A stretch of 28,239 nt of DNA. It comes from Betaproteobacteria bacterium (GTDB lineage: Bacteria; Pseudomonadota; Gammaproteobacteria; Burkholderiales; SG8-41). The notes under the pieces are model-generated. The model was given only the letters and a program-made list of their open reading frames with translations, searched no databases and had not been told where the DNA came from. This document shows, piece by piece, positions 16,150 to 25,199 of this stretch. The stretch covers positions 1 through 28,239 of the forward strand of contig JAHZNX010000001.1 in assembly GCA_020028375.1 (NCBI GenBank), in the 5' to 3' direction. A program made the translations under genes and the position numbers. Each line of letters begins with the position of its first letter. Positions within the stretch are counted from its first letter, which is position 1.

Positions 16150-16745
16150 CGCGGAACCGGCTGACGGCCGTGGTGCCGTTGCTCCTTGCCGGCATGCTGG
16201 CGGCATTCACCCTCTGGCTCGACCGCTTCGCGCAGGGGCCGGCACGGGACCTGGTCGGCCCGAGCCGCCACGACCCCGACTTTATCGTGGAGAAGCTGAC
16301 CGGCGTGCTCCTGGGCGAATCCGGGGCGGCGAGCTATTCCCTGACGGCCGCGAAAATGGTGCATTACCCGGACGACGACACCACGCTGCTCACATCGCCG
16401 AAGTTCGTCAGCTACGGCACGCCGAAGGCGCCCGTGACCGTCACCGCAAGCGAGGGCGTGGTGTCGGCCAAGGGCGACCATGTGTATTTCCAGGACGACG
16501 TCCGCGTCACGCGCGCCGCCTACGAGAACGCAAGCGAACTCGTGATGCGCACGAATTTCCTGCACGTGATTCCCGACCGCCATATCGCGCGCACGGACCG
16601 GTCGGTGATCGTGTCCGACGACGCCAACACGGTGACCGCAGAGGGCTTCGAGATGAACAGCGAAACACGCGTGATCAAGCTGCTGGCCAACGTGCGGGGC
16701 ACCTATGACCCGAGCAAGTCACCGCGCGGCAGGCCCGGCCGCTGA
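16146..16745 (+). CDS. lptC: LPS export periplasmic protein LptC
   Basis: ATGA overlap with kdsC; N-terminal TM; [42 protein letters not shown]; synteny. The upstream part of track ORF 15534..16745 is shadow. Confidence 0.92.
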   Translation: MTRNRLTAVVPLLLAGMLAAFTLWLDRFAQGPARDLVGPSRHDPDFIVEKLTGVLLGESGAASYSLTAAKMVHYPDDDTTLLTSPKFVSYGTPKAPVTVTASEGVVSAKGDHVYFQDDVRVTRAAYENASELVMRTNFLHVIPDRHIARTDRSVIVSDDANTVTAEGFEMNSETRVIKLLANVRGTYDPSKSPRGRPGR

Positions 16746-17361
16746 CCGGCGCCGCTTGTGCGCCGTCCGCAACCGGGCGCTGGCATGCTGCTTTCTGGCG
16801 GCGCTCGCCGCGCCGGCGGCTGCCGAGAAAGCCGATCGCGACAAGCCGGTCAACCTGGAGGCCGACAAGGTCACCATCGACGACGGCAAGCAGATTGCAT
16901 TGTTCGAGGGAAACGTCGTGCTGACGCAAGGGACGCTCCAGATCCGCGGCGAGCGCATGCAGGTCAACCAGGACAAGGACGGCTTCCGGTACGGCACCAC
17001 CTGGGGCAGCCCCGCCTACTTCAGGCAGAAGCGGGAGGGCTTCGACGAGTACATCGAGGGATGGGCCGAGCGCATCGAGTACGACGGCCGCGCCGAATCG
17101 ATGCAGATGTTCAACCGGGCGCAGCTGAAGCGCGGCCAGGACGAGGTCCGCGGCAATTACATCTCCTACGACGCCAAGTCCGAGTTTTTCCAGGTCACCG
17201 GCGGCGGCACGGGCGCGGGACCGAACGGTCCCGACAGCCGGGTGCGGGCGGTGATCCAGCCCAAGTCCAAGGACAAGCCGGCGGCGAGCCCGCCGGTAAG
17301 CCTCAAACCCGCAGAATCCATCACCGCGCCTCGTGAAGAAACCGGGACCCGCAGAAAATAG
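16705..17361 (+). CDS. lptA: LPS transport periplasmic protein LptA
   Basis: Signal peptide then [52 protein letters not shown]. The start may be further downstream (e.g. TTG 16756). Confidence 0.93.
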   Translation: MTRASHRAAGPAADRRRLCAVRNRALACCFLAALAAPAAAEKADRDKPVNLEADKVTIDDGKQIALFEGNVVLTQGTLQIRGERMQVNQDKDGFRYGTTWGSPAYFRQKREGFDEYIEGWAERIEYDGRAESMQMFNRAQLKRGQDEVRGNYISYDAKSEFFQVTGGGTGAGPNGPDSRVRAVIQPKSKDKPAASPPVSLKPAESITAPREETGTRRK

Positions 17362-18139
17362 GATTGCGGACGACGCGAGCCGTGCCGCAACCGCGGGCGT
17401 CGCCTCCGCAAAGCCGGGCAACGAGCTTCGCGCCGAACGCCTGAGGAAGCGTTACCGCTCGCGCGTCGTGGTGCAGAACGTTTCCCTGGAGGTGCGAAGC
17501 GGCGAGGTCATCGGCCTGCTGGGACCCAACGGCGCCGGCAAGACCACCTGCTTCTACATGATGGTCGGCCTGGTGCCGATGGACGGCGGCGAACTCTTTC
17601 TCGACGGCACCCGGCTGACCCATGCGCCGATGCACCGGCGGGCGCGCCTCGGCCTGGCCTACCTGCCGCAGGAGGCTTCCATCTTCCGGCGGCTCTCGGT
17701 CGCCGAGAACGTGCAGGCGGTGCTGGAACTGCACAACAGCGATCCCGACGCGATCCGCGACAAGCTGGACGACCTCCTGCGCGATCTCAACGTCAGCCAT
17801 CTGCGGGCGAGCCTCGCGGTGAGCCTCTCGGGCGGGGAACGTCGTCGCGTGGAGATCGCGCGCGCCCTCGCCGGGGAGCCGCGCTTCATCCTGCTCGACG
17901 AGCCCTTCGCCGGGGTAGACCCGATCGCCGTGCTGGATATCCAGAAGATCATCGGGTTTCTCAAGTCGCGCGGGATCGGTGTCTTGATCACCGACCACAA
18001 CGTGAGGGAGACGCTCGGCATCTGCGATCGCGCCTACATCATCAACGACGGCACCGTGCTCGCTTCCGGCAAGCCGGAAGAAATCGTTTATAATGAAAGT
18101 GTAAGAAAGGTTTATCTAGGAGAGCATTTCCGCCTCTAG
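17333..18139 (+). CDS. lptB: LPS export ABC transporter ATP-binding protein LptB
   Basis: [71 protein letters not shown]; exact start uncertain. Confidence 0.97.
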   Translation: MKKPGPAENRIADDASRAATAGVASAKPGNELRAERLRKRYRSRVVVQNVSLEVRSGEVIGLLGPNGAGKTTCFYMMVGLVPMDGGELFLDGTRLTHAPMHRRARLGLAYLPQEASIFRRLSVAENVQAVLELHNSDPDAIRDKLDDLLRDLNVSHLRASLAVSLSGGERRRVEIARALAGEPRFILLDEPFAGVDPIAVLDIQKIIGFLKSRGIGVLITDHNVRETLGICDRAYIINDGTVLASGKPEEIVYNESVRKVYLGEHFRL

Positions 18140-18237
18140 GCCCGTCCCGGCGGTGCGCTCCCGCTGGCCAACCGGTATCGAGGGAAATCCGACCTTGCGG
18201 CTATGCGCTGGAACGCGTTAGATACTTGCATAAGCGC

Positions 18238-19668
18238 ATGAAGCATTCACTCCAGCTCCGGCTGTCCCAGCACCTCACGCTCACGCCGCAGCTGCAGCAG
18301 TCGATCCGCCTGCTGCAACTCTCGACGCTAGAGCTCAACCAGGAGCTCGAGCGCATCCTCCAGGAAAATCCGCTGCTCGAGCGCGAAGACGACGCGCGCG
18401 AGGCTCCCGCTTCCGCCGAAACGGTCGTACGAACCGCGGAAACGGCGCCAGTGCCCGAGGCCGCGGAGTCCGACGCGTCCGCCGCCGAGACCGACGGCGG
18501 CGAGGCAGCCGCGCTCGACGACGCCCCGCTTCCCGGCTTCCGCGACGACGGCGAGGAAAGCGAGCAGCAGCAGATCGCCGCCGAAGCTCCGACGCTGCGG
18601 GCGCACCTGCTGTCGCAGATCTCGCTCAAGAATCTCTCTGCACGGGATCACCAGCTGGTCGCCCTGCTGATCGATTCGCTGGACGACGAGGGCTACCTCA
18701 CGCAGAGCCTGGAGGAGATTGCCGCGCTCCTGCCCGCGGAGCTCGAGGTCGACCTCGACGAGCTGCAGATCGCGCTGAAGCACCTCCAGCACCTCGATCC
18801 GGCGGGGGTCGGCGCGCGCAGCCTGGGCGAATGCCTGGCGCTGCAGCTCGCCGCCCTGCCACGGGACACGCCCCATCGCGCCGAGGCGCTGGAGACGGCG
18901 AAGAATCATCTCGAAACACTGGCGGCGCGTGATTTCACCCGGCTGAAAAAGCTGTTGCGCTGCGATGACGCGGCGCTGCGGGCGGCGCAGAAACTGATCA
19001 CCCGCTTGAACCCCAGGCCGGGCCGCAACTTCGCATCCGATGAAACGCGCTACGTGGTGTCCGACGTGATCGTGAAAAAGGTCAAGGGGGTCTGGCTTTC
19101 CTCCCTCAACCCGGACGCGATGCCACGGCTGCGCATCAACCGCCTCTACGCCGAGATCCTGCAGCGCAACCGCAATGCCGGCTCCCAGCAGCTCGCGAGC
19201 CAGCTGCAGGAGGCGAAGTGGCTGATCAAGAACGTGCAGCAGCGCTTTGAAACCATCCTGCGCGTGTCGCAGGCGATCGTGGACCGGCAGCGGAATTTCC
19301 TCGAGCACGGCGAGGTGGCGATGCGCCCGCTGGTGTTGCGCGAGATCGCGGACACGCTCGACCTGCACGAATCCACCGTGTCGCGCGTCACGACCCAGAA
19401 GTACATGCACACTCCGCGCGGCATCTTCGAGCTCAAGTATTTCTTCGGCAGCCACGTCACCACCGAAGCCGGCGGCGCCGCGTCGAGCACCGCGATCCGC
19501 GCCCTCATCAAGCAGCTGGTCGCGGCGGAGAATGCGCGCCGGCCCTTGTCCGATGGACAGATTTCCGAGATCCTGTCGCAGCAGGGCATCATGATCGCCC
19601 GCCGCACGGTGGCCAAGTATCGTGAGACACTGCAGATACTTCCCGCCAACCTGAGAAAGAGCCTGTAG
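18238..19668 (+). CDS. rpoN: RNA polymerase sigma-54 factor
   Basis: [33 protein letters not shown] region [14 protein letters not shown], RpoN box [10 protein letters not shown]; ATG 18238 preferred over TTG 18226. Confidence 0.98.
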   Translation: MKHSLQLRLSQHLTLTPQLQQSIRLLQLSTLELNQELERILQENPLLEREDDAREAPASAETVVRTAETAPVPEAAESDASAAETDGGEAAALDDAPLPGFRDDGEESEQQQIAAEAPTLRAHLLSQISLKNLSARDHQLVALLIDSLDDEGYLTQSLEEIAALLPAELEVDLDELQIALKHLQHLDPAGVGARSLGECLALQLAALPRDTPHRAEALETAKNHLETLAARDFTRLKKLLRCDDAALRAAQKLITRLNPRPGRNFASDETRYVVSDVIVKKVKGVWLSSLNPDAMPRLRINRLYAEILQRNRNAGSQQLASQLQEAKWLIKNVQQRFETILRVSQAIVDRQRNFLEHGEVAMRPLVLREIADTLDLHESTVSRVTTQKYMHTPRGIFELKYFFGSHVTTEAGGAASSTAIRALIKQLVAAENARRPLSDGQISEILSQQGIMIARRTVAKYRETLQILPANLRKSL

Positions 19669-19677
19669 GAGCCCAGC

Positions 19678-20004
19678 ATGAACCTGCACCTCACCGGGCA
19701 CCATCTTGAAATCACGCCCCCCATCCGCGACTATGTCTCGAGCAAGCTCGCGCGCGTCACGCACCACTTCGACCATGTGATCGACGTCAACGTGATCCTC
19801 ACGGTGGAGAAGCTGCTGCACCGGATCGAGGCCAACGTGCGCGTGCGCGGCAAGGACATCTTCTGCGAGAACGTGGACGCCGACATGTACGCCGCGATCG
19901 ACGGACTGGTGGACAAGCTCGACCGCACGATCATCAAGCACAAGGAACGATCCCTCGAGCACCGCCACGACAGCGCGCCGCTCAAGCATCGCGGGGCGCG
20001 CTGA
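19678..20004 (+). CDS. hpf: Ribosome hibernation promoting factor (HPF/RaiA family)
   Basis: MNLHLTGHHLEITPPIRDYV, DMYAAIDGLVDKLDR; SD GGAG; follows rpoN. Confidence 0.95.
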   Translation: MNLHLTGHHLEITPPIRDYVSSKLARVTHHFDHVIDVNVILTVEKLLHRIEANVRVRGKDIFCENVDADMYAAIDGLVDKLDRTIIKHKERSLEHRHDSAPLKHRGAR

Positions 20005-20045
20005 CGGGCGCCCGGCGCCCACCTCGCTCCCGCGTCCTCCATGCC

Positions 20046-20531
20046 ATGAGCCTCATCGCAAAGCTGCTCCCGCTGCAGAACGTCTTGCTGGACCTCGAGG
20101 CCGGCAGCAAGAAGCGCCTGTTCGAGCAGGTCGGCCTGCTGTTCGAGAACAACCACCAGATCGCGCGCAGCCTGGTTTTCGACAGCCTGTTCGCGCGGGA
20201 GAAGCTGGGGTCCACCGGACTCGGCCGCGGCATCGCCATCCCCCACGGCCGGGTGAAGGGCCTGAAGGACGCCCTCGGCGCGCTCGTGCGCACGCGGCAG
20301 CCGATCCCGTTCGACGCGCCCGACGGCCAGCCGGTGGAGATCATATTCGTGCTGCTGGTGCCGGACCGCGCCACCGACGTGCACCTGCAGATCCTGTCCG
20401 AGCTCGCCCAGATGTTCAGCGACAAGTCATTCCGCGAGCGGATGCGGGTCGCGACCACCGCTGCAGAGATGCACCAACTGATCACCCACTGGCAGCCCCA
20501 TGGCGCAGGTCAGCATAGCCCGGTTGTTTGA
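20046..20531 (+). CDS. ptsN: PTS EIIA nitrogen-regulatory protein
   Basis: SKKRLFEQ, REKLGSTGLGRGIAIPHGR (phospho-His), PFDAPDGQPV, HLQILSELAQMFSD. Confidence 0.96.
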   Translation: MSLIAKLLPLQNVLLDLEAGSKKRLFEQVGLLFENNHQIARSLVFDSLFAREKLGSTGLGRGIAIPHGRVKGLKDALGALVRTRQPIPFDAPDGQPVEIIFVLLVPDRATDVHLQILSELAQMFSDKSFRERMRVATTAAEMHQLITHWQPHGAGQHSPVV

Positions 20532-21444
20532 GGACAACCGCGAAAAACTGGGGCTGGAGTGGGTCGCCGGGCGTGGCGGCGGCGCGAGGTCGCTCAATAG
20601 CGAGCTCACCAAGGATTCGTCGCGCGGGCTGATCGGGCACCTTAACTTCATCCATCCCAACCTGATCCAGGTGCTGGGGGGCTCCGAGGTCGCCCACCTC
20701 AACGGCCTCGACAGCGCGACCTGTCGCGCGCAGCTCGCCCGGACCGCAACCCAGGAGCTTGGCTGCTTCATCGTCGCGGGGGGCGAGTCGCCGCCGCAGC
20801 CCCTGGTGGATATCGCCGAGTCGAGCGCGACCGCCCTCTTCCGTTCGCCGGTGACGAGCGTCGAGCTGATGTGGATGCTGCGCCCCTATCTTGCGCGCGC
20901 ACTCGCGGAGAGCGGCACCACCCATGGCGTCTTCCTCGACGTCCTCGGCATGGGCGTCCTCATCACGGGAGACTCGGGCGTGGGCAAGAGCGAGCTCGGG
21001 CTGGAGCTGATCAGCCGCGGCAGCGGGCTGATCGCCGATGATGTCGTCGAGCTCTACCGCATCGGCCCCGAGACGGTGGAAGGGCGCTGCCCGGCTTTGC
21101 TGAAGGACTTTCTTGAAGTGCGCGGCCTGGGCGTGCTCAACATCCGCACCATTTTCGGGGAGGCCGCGCTGCGCCCGCGCAAGAACCTGAAGCTCATCGT
21201 TCACCTGGAGAAGCCCGCCGCCACCGAAGGCGCCCCGCTCGAGCGGCTGCCGCTCAAGCCCGGCTCCGAGCCGATCATGGGCGTGGACATCCGCAAGGTC
21301 ACGATACCGGTCGCGGCCGGCCGCAATCTCGCGGTGCTCGCCGAAGCGGCGGTGCGCAACTACGTGCTGCAGCTGCGCGGCTTCGACAGCACGCAGGAGT
21401 TCGTGAGCCGCCAGTCCGACAGCCTGAAGAAGCGTGACTCGTGA
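20500..21444 (+). CDS. hprK: HPr(Ser) kinase/phosphorylase
   Basis: HGVFLDVLGMGVLITGDSGVGKSELGLELISRG, LIADDVVE, LEVRGLGVLNI, IPVAAGRNLAVL; overlaps ptsN by 32 nt. Confidence 0.97.
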   Translation: MAQVSIARLFEDNREKLGLEWVAGRGGGARSLNSELTKDSSRGLIGHLNFIHPNLIQVLGGSEVAHLNGLDSATCRAQLARTATQELGCFIVAGGESPPQPLVDIAESSATALFRSPVTSVELMWMLRPYLARALAESGTTHGVFLDVLGMGVLITGDSGVGKSELGLELISRGSGLIADDVVELYRIGPETVEGRCPALLKDFLEVRGLGVLNIRTIFGEAALRPRKNLKLIVHLEKPAATEGAPLERLPLKPGSEPIMGVDIRKVTIPVAAGRNLAVLAEAAVRNYVLQLRGFDSTQEFVSRQSDSLKKRDS

Positions 21445-21534
21445 CTCGTTTCTCGTTACTCGTTGGTCGCACGCAGGCACTGCCGACGCAAAGTTTCGCC
21501 TTTTCGAAGGACGAGTAACGAGCAACGAGTAACG
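21433..21534. repeat. Heptamer inverted-repeat element (CGTKACT / AGTAACG)
   Basis: Left arm CGTGACT CGTGACT CGTTTCT CGTTACT CGTT (21433-21464, contains the hprK TGA), 46-nt spacer ending in CCTT-TTCG-AAGG, right arm ACGAGTA ACGAGCA ACGAGTA ACG (21511-21534), 6 nt before the rapZ ATG. Confidence 0.9.
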
Positions 21535-21540
21535 CGGCTC

Positions 21541-22377
21541 ATGCAGCTCATTCTGATCACCGGCCTCTCCGGCTCGGGCAAGAGCGTGGCGCTCAACGTG
21601 CTCGAGGACGCGGGTTTTTACTACGTAGACAACCTGCCCGCCCGGCTGCTGCCACAGACGGTAGGTTTCCTGGCGGGGGCTGGCCATCCCCGCGCCGCCC
21701 TGAGCATCGAGTTGCGTAGCGCAGAGGCTCTCGCAGAACTCCCGCGGCAGCTCGCCGACTTCCGAGCCCGCGGCCACGATGTCCGGGTGTTGTTTCTCGA
21801 GGCGAAGACCGACACGCTCATCAAGCGCTTTTCCGAGACGAGACGGCGCCACCCTCTTTCCGACGGCGGACGGACGTTGACCGAGTGCGTCGAGCGCGAG
21901 CGCGCGCTGCTGGCCGGGCTCGCGGACATCGCGAACCGAGTGGATACCAGCGATCTCGGGCCCAACACCCTGCGCAACTGGGTCAAGGATTTCGTCGGCG
22001 TTCCGGCCACCGGCCTCACGCTGCTGTTCGAGTCGTTCGGCTTCAAGCACGGCATCCCGCTCGATGCCGATCTGGTGTTCGACGTGCGCTGCCTGCCCAA
22101 TCCCAACTACGATCCCCGCCTGCGCCCGCTGACCGGCCGCGACCGGCCGGTGGTCGACTTTCTTGCCGCCGACCCGTCGACGCGGAAGATGCTCGAGGAC
22201 GTCCGGCGCTTCGTCGCCGACTGGCTGCCGGCGTTCGAGCGCGACAACCGCAGCTATCTCACCGTCGCCGTCGGCTGCACGGGCGGCCAGCATCGATCGG
22301 TCTACTTCGTCGAGACGCTCGCCGCCGGCTTCCAGCACCGCTCGCGGGTGCTGGTGCGGCATAGAGAGCTGGCGTGA
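21541..22377 (+). CDS. rapZ: RNase adapter protein RapZ (YhbJ/YvcJ P-loop family)
   Basis: [60 protein letters not shown]. Track start 21463 lies in the repeat. Confidence 0.96.
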   Translation: MQLILITGLSGSGKSVALNVLEDAGFYYVDNLPARLLPQTVGFLAGAGHPRAALSIELRSAEALAELPRQLADFRARGHDVRVLFLEAKTDTLIKRFSETRRRHPLSDGGRTLTECVERERALLAGLADIANRVDTSDLGPNTLRNWVKDFVGVPATGLTLLFESFGFKHGIPLDADLVFDVRCLPNPNYDPRLRPLTGRDRPVVDFLAADPSTRKMLEDVRRFVADWLPAFERDNRSYLTVAVGCTGGQHRSVYFVETLAAGFQHRSRVLVRHRELA

Positions 22378-22967
22378 CGGCCGATCCCGTCCAGGAAATA
22401 TTCGTTTTTCCGCTGAACACCGTCCTCTTCCCGGACGGGGTGCTGCCGCTCAAGGTGTTCGAGCAGCGCTACATCGAGATGACCAAGGCCTGTCTGCGCG
22501 ATAACCGCCCGTTCGGCGTGTGCCTGATCCGCGAGGGGCGCGAGGTCGGCACGGCGGCGGTGCCGGAGCCGGTCGGCTGCTTTGCCGCCATCGAGAGCTG
22601 GGACATGCCGCAGCTCGGGCTGTTTCACCTCATCGCGCGCGGCGGCGGGCGTTTCCGCATCCGCGAGATGCGGGTCGCACCCAATCACCTGATCTCCGCC
22701 GCCGTCGAGCCGCTACCGCCCGATGACAGCGTGCACGACGTGGAACCCCTGTGCCGCAAGGTTTTGCAGGCGATCATCGAGAAAGTGGGCGCCGAGCGTT
22801 TTCCGTCGCCCGCGCGCCTGGACGACGCTGCGTGGGTTGGTTACCGGCTGGCCGAGGTGCTGCCGCTCGAAGCGCGCGCGAAGCAGGATCTCCTCGAGAT
22901 GACCGACGCTGCGGCGCGGCTCGAACGCTTGCGCGCGGTGCTGGTCAAACAGGGTCTTACGGCCTGA
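22374..22967 (+). CDS. LON peptidase substrate-binding (N-terminal) domain protein
   Basis: [41 protein letters not shown]...KQDLLE; no AAA or protease domain; GTGA overlap with rapZ. Confidence 0.92.
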   Translation: MTADPVQEIFVFPLNTVLFPDGVLPLKVFEQRYIEMTKACLRDNRPFGVCLIREGREVGTAAVPEPVGCFAAIESWDMPQLGLFHLIARGGGRFRIREMRVAPNHLISAAVEPLPPDDSVHDVEPLCRKVLQAIIEKVGAERFPSPARLDDAAWVGYRLAEVLPLEARAKQDLLEMTDAAARLERLRAVLVKQGLTA

Positions 22968-22972
22968 TGGCG

Positions 22973-22997
22973 CGTGACTCGTGACTGGTGACCGTGA
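22973..22997 (+). repeat. Solo heptamer arm (CGTGACT type)
   Basis: CGTGACT CGTGACT GGTGACC GTGA starting 5 nt after the LON-domain stop; identical unit to 21433-21446; no local inverted arm seen. Confidence 0.75.
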
Positions 22998-24061
22998 GCC
23001 GCATCCCCGACTGCTTACTTCGTCGCTTGCGCATTGACGGGCTCCTGCTGGCCCTGGTGTTGCTCGCGGCTTCGTTTCCCGGCCACACGGCGCCGGCAGC
23101 CAGCGAACCGCTCAATCCGAGCCCGCACGCCATCGACATTCCCCCGTGGTTCCGGGAGACGTTCCTCGACTTCCGCGAAGACGTCCGCGAGGCGGCGAAG
23201 GCGGACCGGCGCCTGATGGTGTACTTCGGGCAGGATGGCTGCCCGTACTGCCGCGAGCTGATGCGCCTCAATTTCAGCGACAAGGCCATTGTCGACAAGA
23301 CGCGCCGGCATTTCCACGCTCTCGCGCTCAATATCTGGGGCGACCGCGAGGCCACGTGGATCGACGGGAAGGCGTTCACCGAAAAAACGCTGGCGGCGTT
23401 CCTCAAGGTGCAGTTCACCCCCACGCTGCTGTTCCTCGACGAACAGGGCGGCGTGGTCTTGCGCATCAACGGCTACTACCCCCCGCACCAGTTCGACGCC
23501 GCCCTGGATTACGTCGCCGGCAAACACGAAAGGCGGATCGCCTTCGCCGAGTTTCTCAAGCAACAGGCGCGCAGGCCGGCGAGCGGTCGGCTCCACGACC
23601 AGCCGTTCTTTCTTCGGCCGCCGCTCAACCTCGAGCGCTCGCGCGGGCCCGGAACGCGTCCGCTTGCCGTGCTCTTCGAGCAGAAGCATTGCGCCGCGTG
23701 CGACGAGCTGCACCAGCAGGGCTTCGCGAACCCGGATGCGCGCGCCTTGATTCGCCGGTTTGACGTGGCGCGGCTGGAGCTGTTCGGGGCGGAGCGTCTC
23801 GTCACGCCGGGCGGCCGGTCGCTCACGGCCGAGCAGTGGGGACGGGAGCTGAAGATCGCCTATACGCCGACCCTCGTCTTCTTCGACGCGAAGGGCGCAG
23901 AAGTGTTTCGCATCGAGGCCTATCTCAGACCCTTTCACGTCGCGTCCGGCCTCGACTACGTTGCAAGCGGGGCGTACCGAGCCGAGCCGAGCTTCCAGCG
24001 CTACATCCAGGGGCGCGCGGAGAAAATCCGCGCCGCGGGGGGCCGAGTCGATCTTTGGTGA
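22988..24061 (+). CDS. Exported double-thioredoxin-fold protein, SoxW-like
   Basis: Signal peptide; domain 1 IDIPPWFRETFLDFREDVREA...YFGQDGCPYC...VQFTPTLLF; domain 2 FEQKHCAAC...IAYTPTLVFFD. Start uncertain because the GTGs come from the repeat. Confidence 0.85.
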   Translation: MTVSRIPDCLLRRLRIDGLLLALVLLAASFPGHTAPAASEPLNPSPHAIDIPPWFRETFLDFREDVREAAKADRRLMVYFGQDGCPYCRELMRLNFSDKAIVDKTRRHFHALALNIWGDREATWIDGKAFTEKTLAAFLKVQFTPTLLFLDEQGGVVLRINGYYPPHQFDAALDYVAGKHERRIAFAEFLKQQARRPASGRLHDQPFFLRPPLNLERSRGPGTRPLAVLFEQKHCAACDELHQQGFANPDARALIRRFDVARLELFGAERLVTPGGRSLTAEQWGRELKIAYTPTLVFFDAKGAEVFRIEAYLRPFHVASGLDYVASGAYRAEPSFQRYIQGRAEKIRAAGGRVDLW

Positions 24062-24132
24062 TGCGTGAATTCCGGAGGGAAGGAAAGCAAGAGGCCGAAT
24101 CACGACTCACGGGTCACGGGTCACGAATCACG
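24057..24132. repeat. Heptamer inverted-repeat element between the convergent SoxW-like gene and mutY
   Basis: Short left arm GGTGATG CGTGAAT (24057-24070, includes the TGA stop), 27-nt purine-rich spacer, right arm AATCACG ACTCACG GGTCACG GGTCACG AATCACG (24098-24132), 3 nt from the mutY stop. Confidence 0.85.
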
Positions 24133-24135
24133 CGT

Positions 24136-25167
24136 TCATAGCGTTGCGAGGATGCGCCGGACCGGCGCCGGGATGGCCGCGCTGCGCGCCTCTTCCAGCG
24201 GCAGCCAGATCACGCCCGGCTCGGCCGCCTCGGGCACGAGCGCCGATACCCGCAGGCGCAGCGGCCGGATGTCGAGCTTGAAGTGGGTGAAGCCGTGGGC
24301 GATCTTCGGCAGTTCCTCGACTTCGAGGAGGTGGGCGCCGAACCGCTTGAGACAGCAGGCCTCGATATCGGACCTGCGCGCGGCTTCCGGCAGGCACCAC
24401 ATGCCCCCCCAGATTCCGGATGGCGGTCGCTTCTCCAGCAGAACTTCGCCGGCGCGCACCAGCACGAGCATGACGGTGCGCCTGTGCGGCAATTTCCTGT
24501 GCGGCCGCGGCGCCGGCACCTTGCCGGTCCAGCCGCGCTGGTAGGCGATACAACCGCCGTGCACCGGGCACACCGGGCAACGCGGTTTGCTGCGTGCGCA
24601 CACAGTCGCACCGAGATCCATCAGCCCTTGCGTGTAGGCCTCGATGTTGCGCTGCGGCAGCAGTCGCTGCGATTCCCTCCACAGCGCCTCGGCGACCTTC
24701 TCGTGCCCGCCGTAGCCTTTCACGCCTCGATATCGCGCCAGCACTCGGCTGACGTTGCCATCCAGGATCGCCTGCCGTTTGCCAAACGCGAAAACGCAGA
24801 TGGCGGCGGCCGTCGAGCGCCCCACCCCCGGCAGCGCCCCGATGTCCTCGAAGCGGCGGGGAAACCGCCCGCGGTGCTCCTCCGCGATCACCCGCGCCGC
24901 GCGGTGCAGGTTCCGCGCACGCGAGTAATAGCCGAGCCCGCTCCACAGTTGCAGCACTTCGTCGAGCGGCGCCGCCGCAAGCGCGGCGGCGTCCGGAAAG
25001 CGCGCGAGAAATCGCAGGTAATAGGGAATGACCGTCGCGACCTGGGTCTGCTGCAGCATGACCTCGGCGAGCCAGATCGCGTAGGGGTCGCGCGTGCCCT
25101 GCCAGGGGAGATCGTGGCGCCCGTGCTGCTTCTGCCACGCGACGAGTTTCGCTGCGAAGCTTGCCAT
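24136..25167 (-). CDS. mutY: A/G-specific adenine glycosylase MutY
   Basis: HGRHDLPWQ, EVMLQQTQV, WSGLGYYSRARNLH, HhH LPGVGRSTAAAI, LDGNVSRVLAR, Fe-S motif CARSKPRCPVCPVHGGC, C-terminal NUDIX-like domain. Confidence 0.98.
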   Translation of the reverse strand: MASFAAKLVAWQKQHGRHDLPWQGTRDPYAIWLAEVMLQQTQVATVIPYYLRFLARFPDAAALAAAPLDEVLQLWSGLGYYSRARNLHRAARVIAEEHRGRFPRRFEDIGALPGVGRSTAAAICVFAFGKRQAILDGNVSRVLARYRGVKGYGGHEKVAEALWRESQRLLPQRNIEAYTQGLMDLGATVCARSKPRCPVCPVHGGCIAYQRGWTGKVPAPRPHRKLPHRRTVMLVLVRAGEVLLEKRPPSGIWGGMWCLPEAARRSDIEACCLKRFGAHLLEVEELPKIAHGFTHFKLDIRPLRLRVSALVPEAAEPGVIWLPLEEARSAAIPAPVRRILATL

Positions 25168-25199
25168 CGATCGCCGCTGGTCGTGATCGGTGGCCGCCT

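Noticed and set aside
18209-18230. TGGAAC...TTGCA upstream of rpoN as an autoregulatory sigma-54 site
   Set aside because: 11 nt separate the two elements instead of the strictly required 5.
19678-22967. Absence of HPr/NPr and EI genes from the rpoN-ptsN-hprK-rapZ cluster
   Set aside because: In Betaproteobacteria these are commonly encoded elsewhere; this is not evidence of loss.
15502-24132. Heptamer arrays as CRISPR or integron attC arrays
   Set aside because: No 23-47 nt direct repeats with unique spacers, no cas or integrase gene, and no attC R/L box structure; the units are 7-nt tandem repeats.
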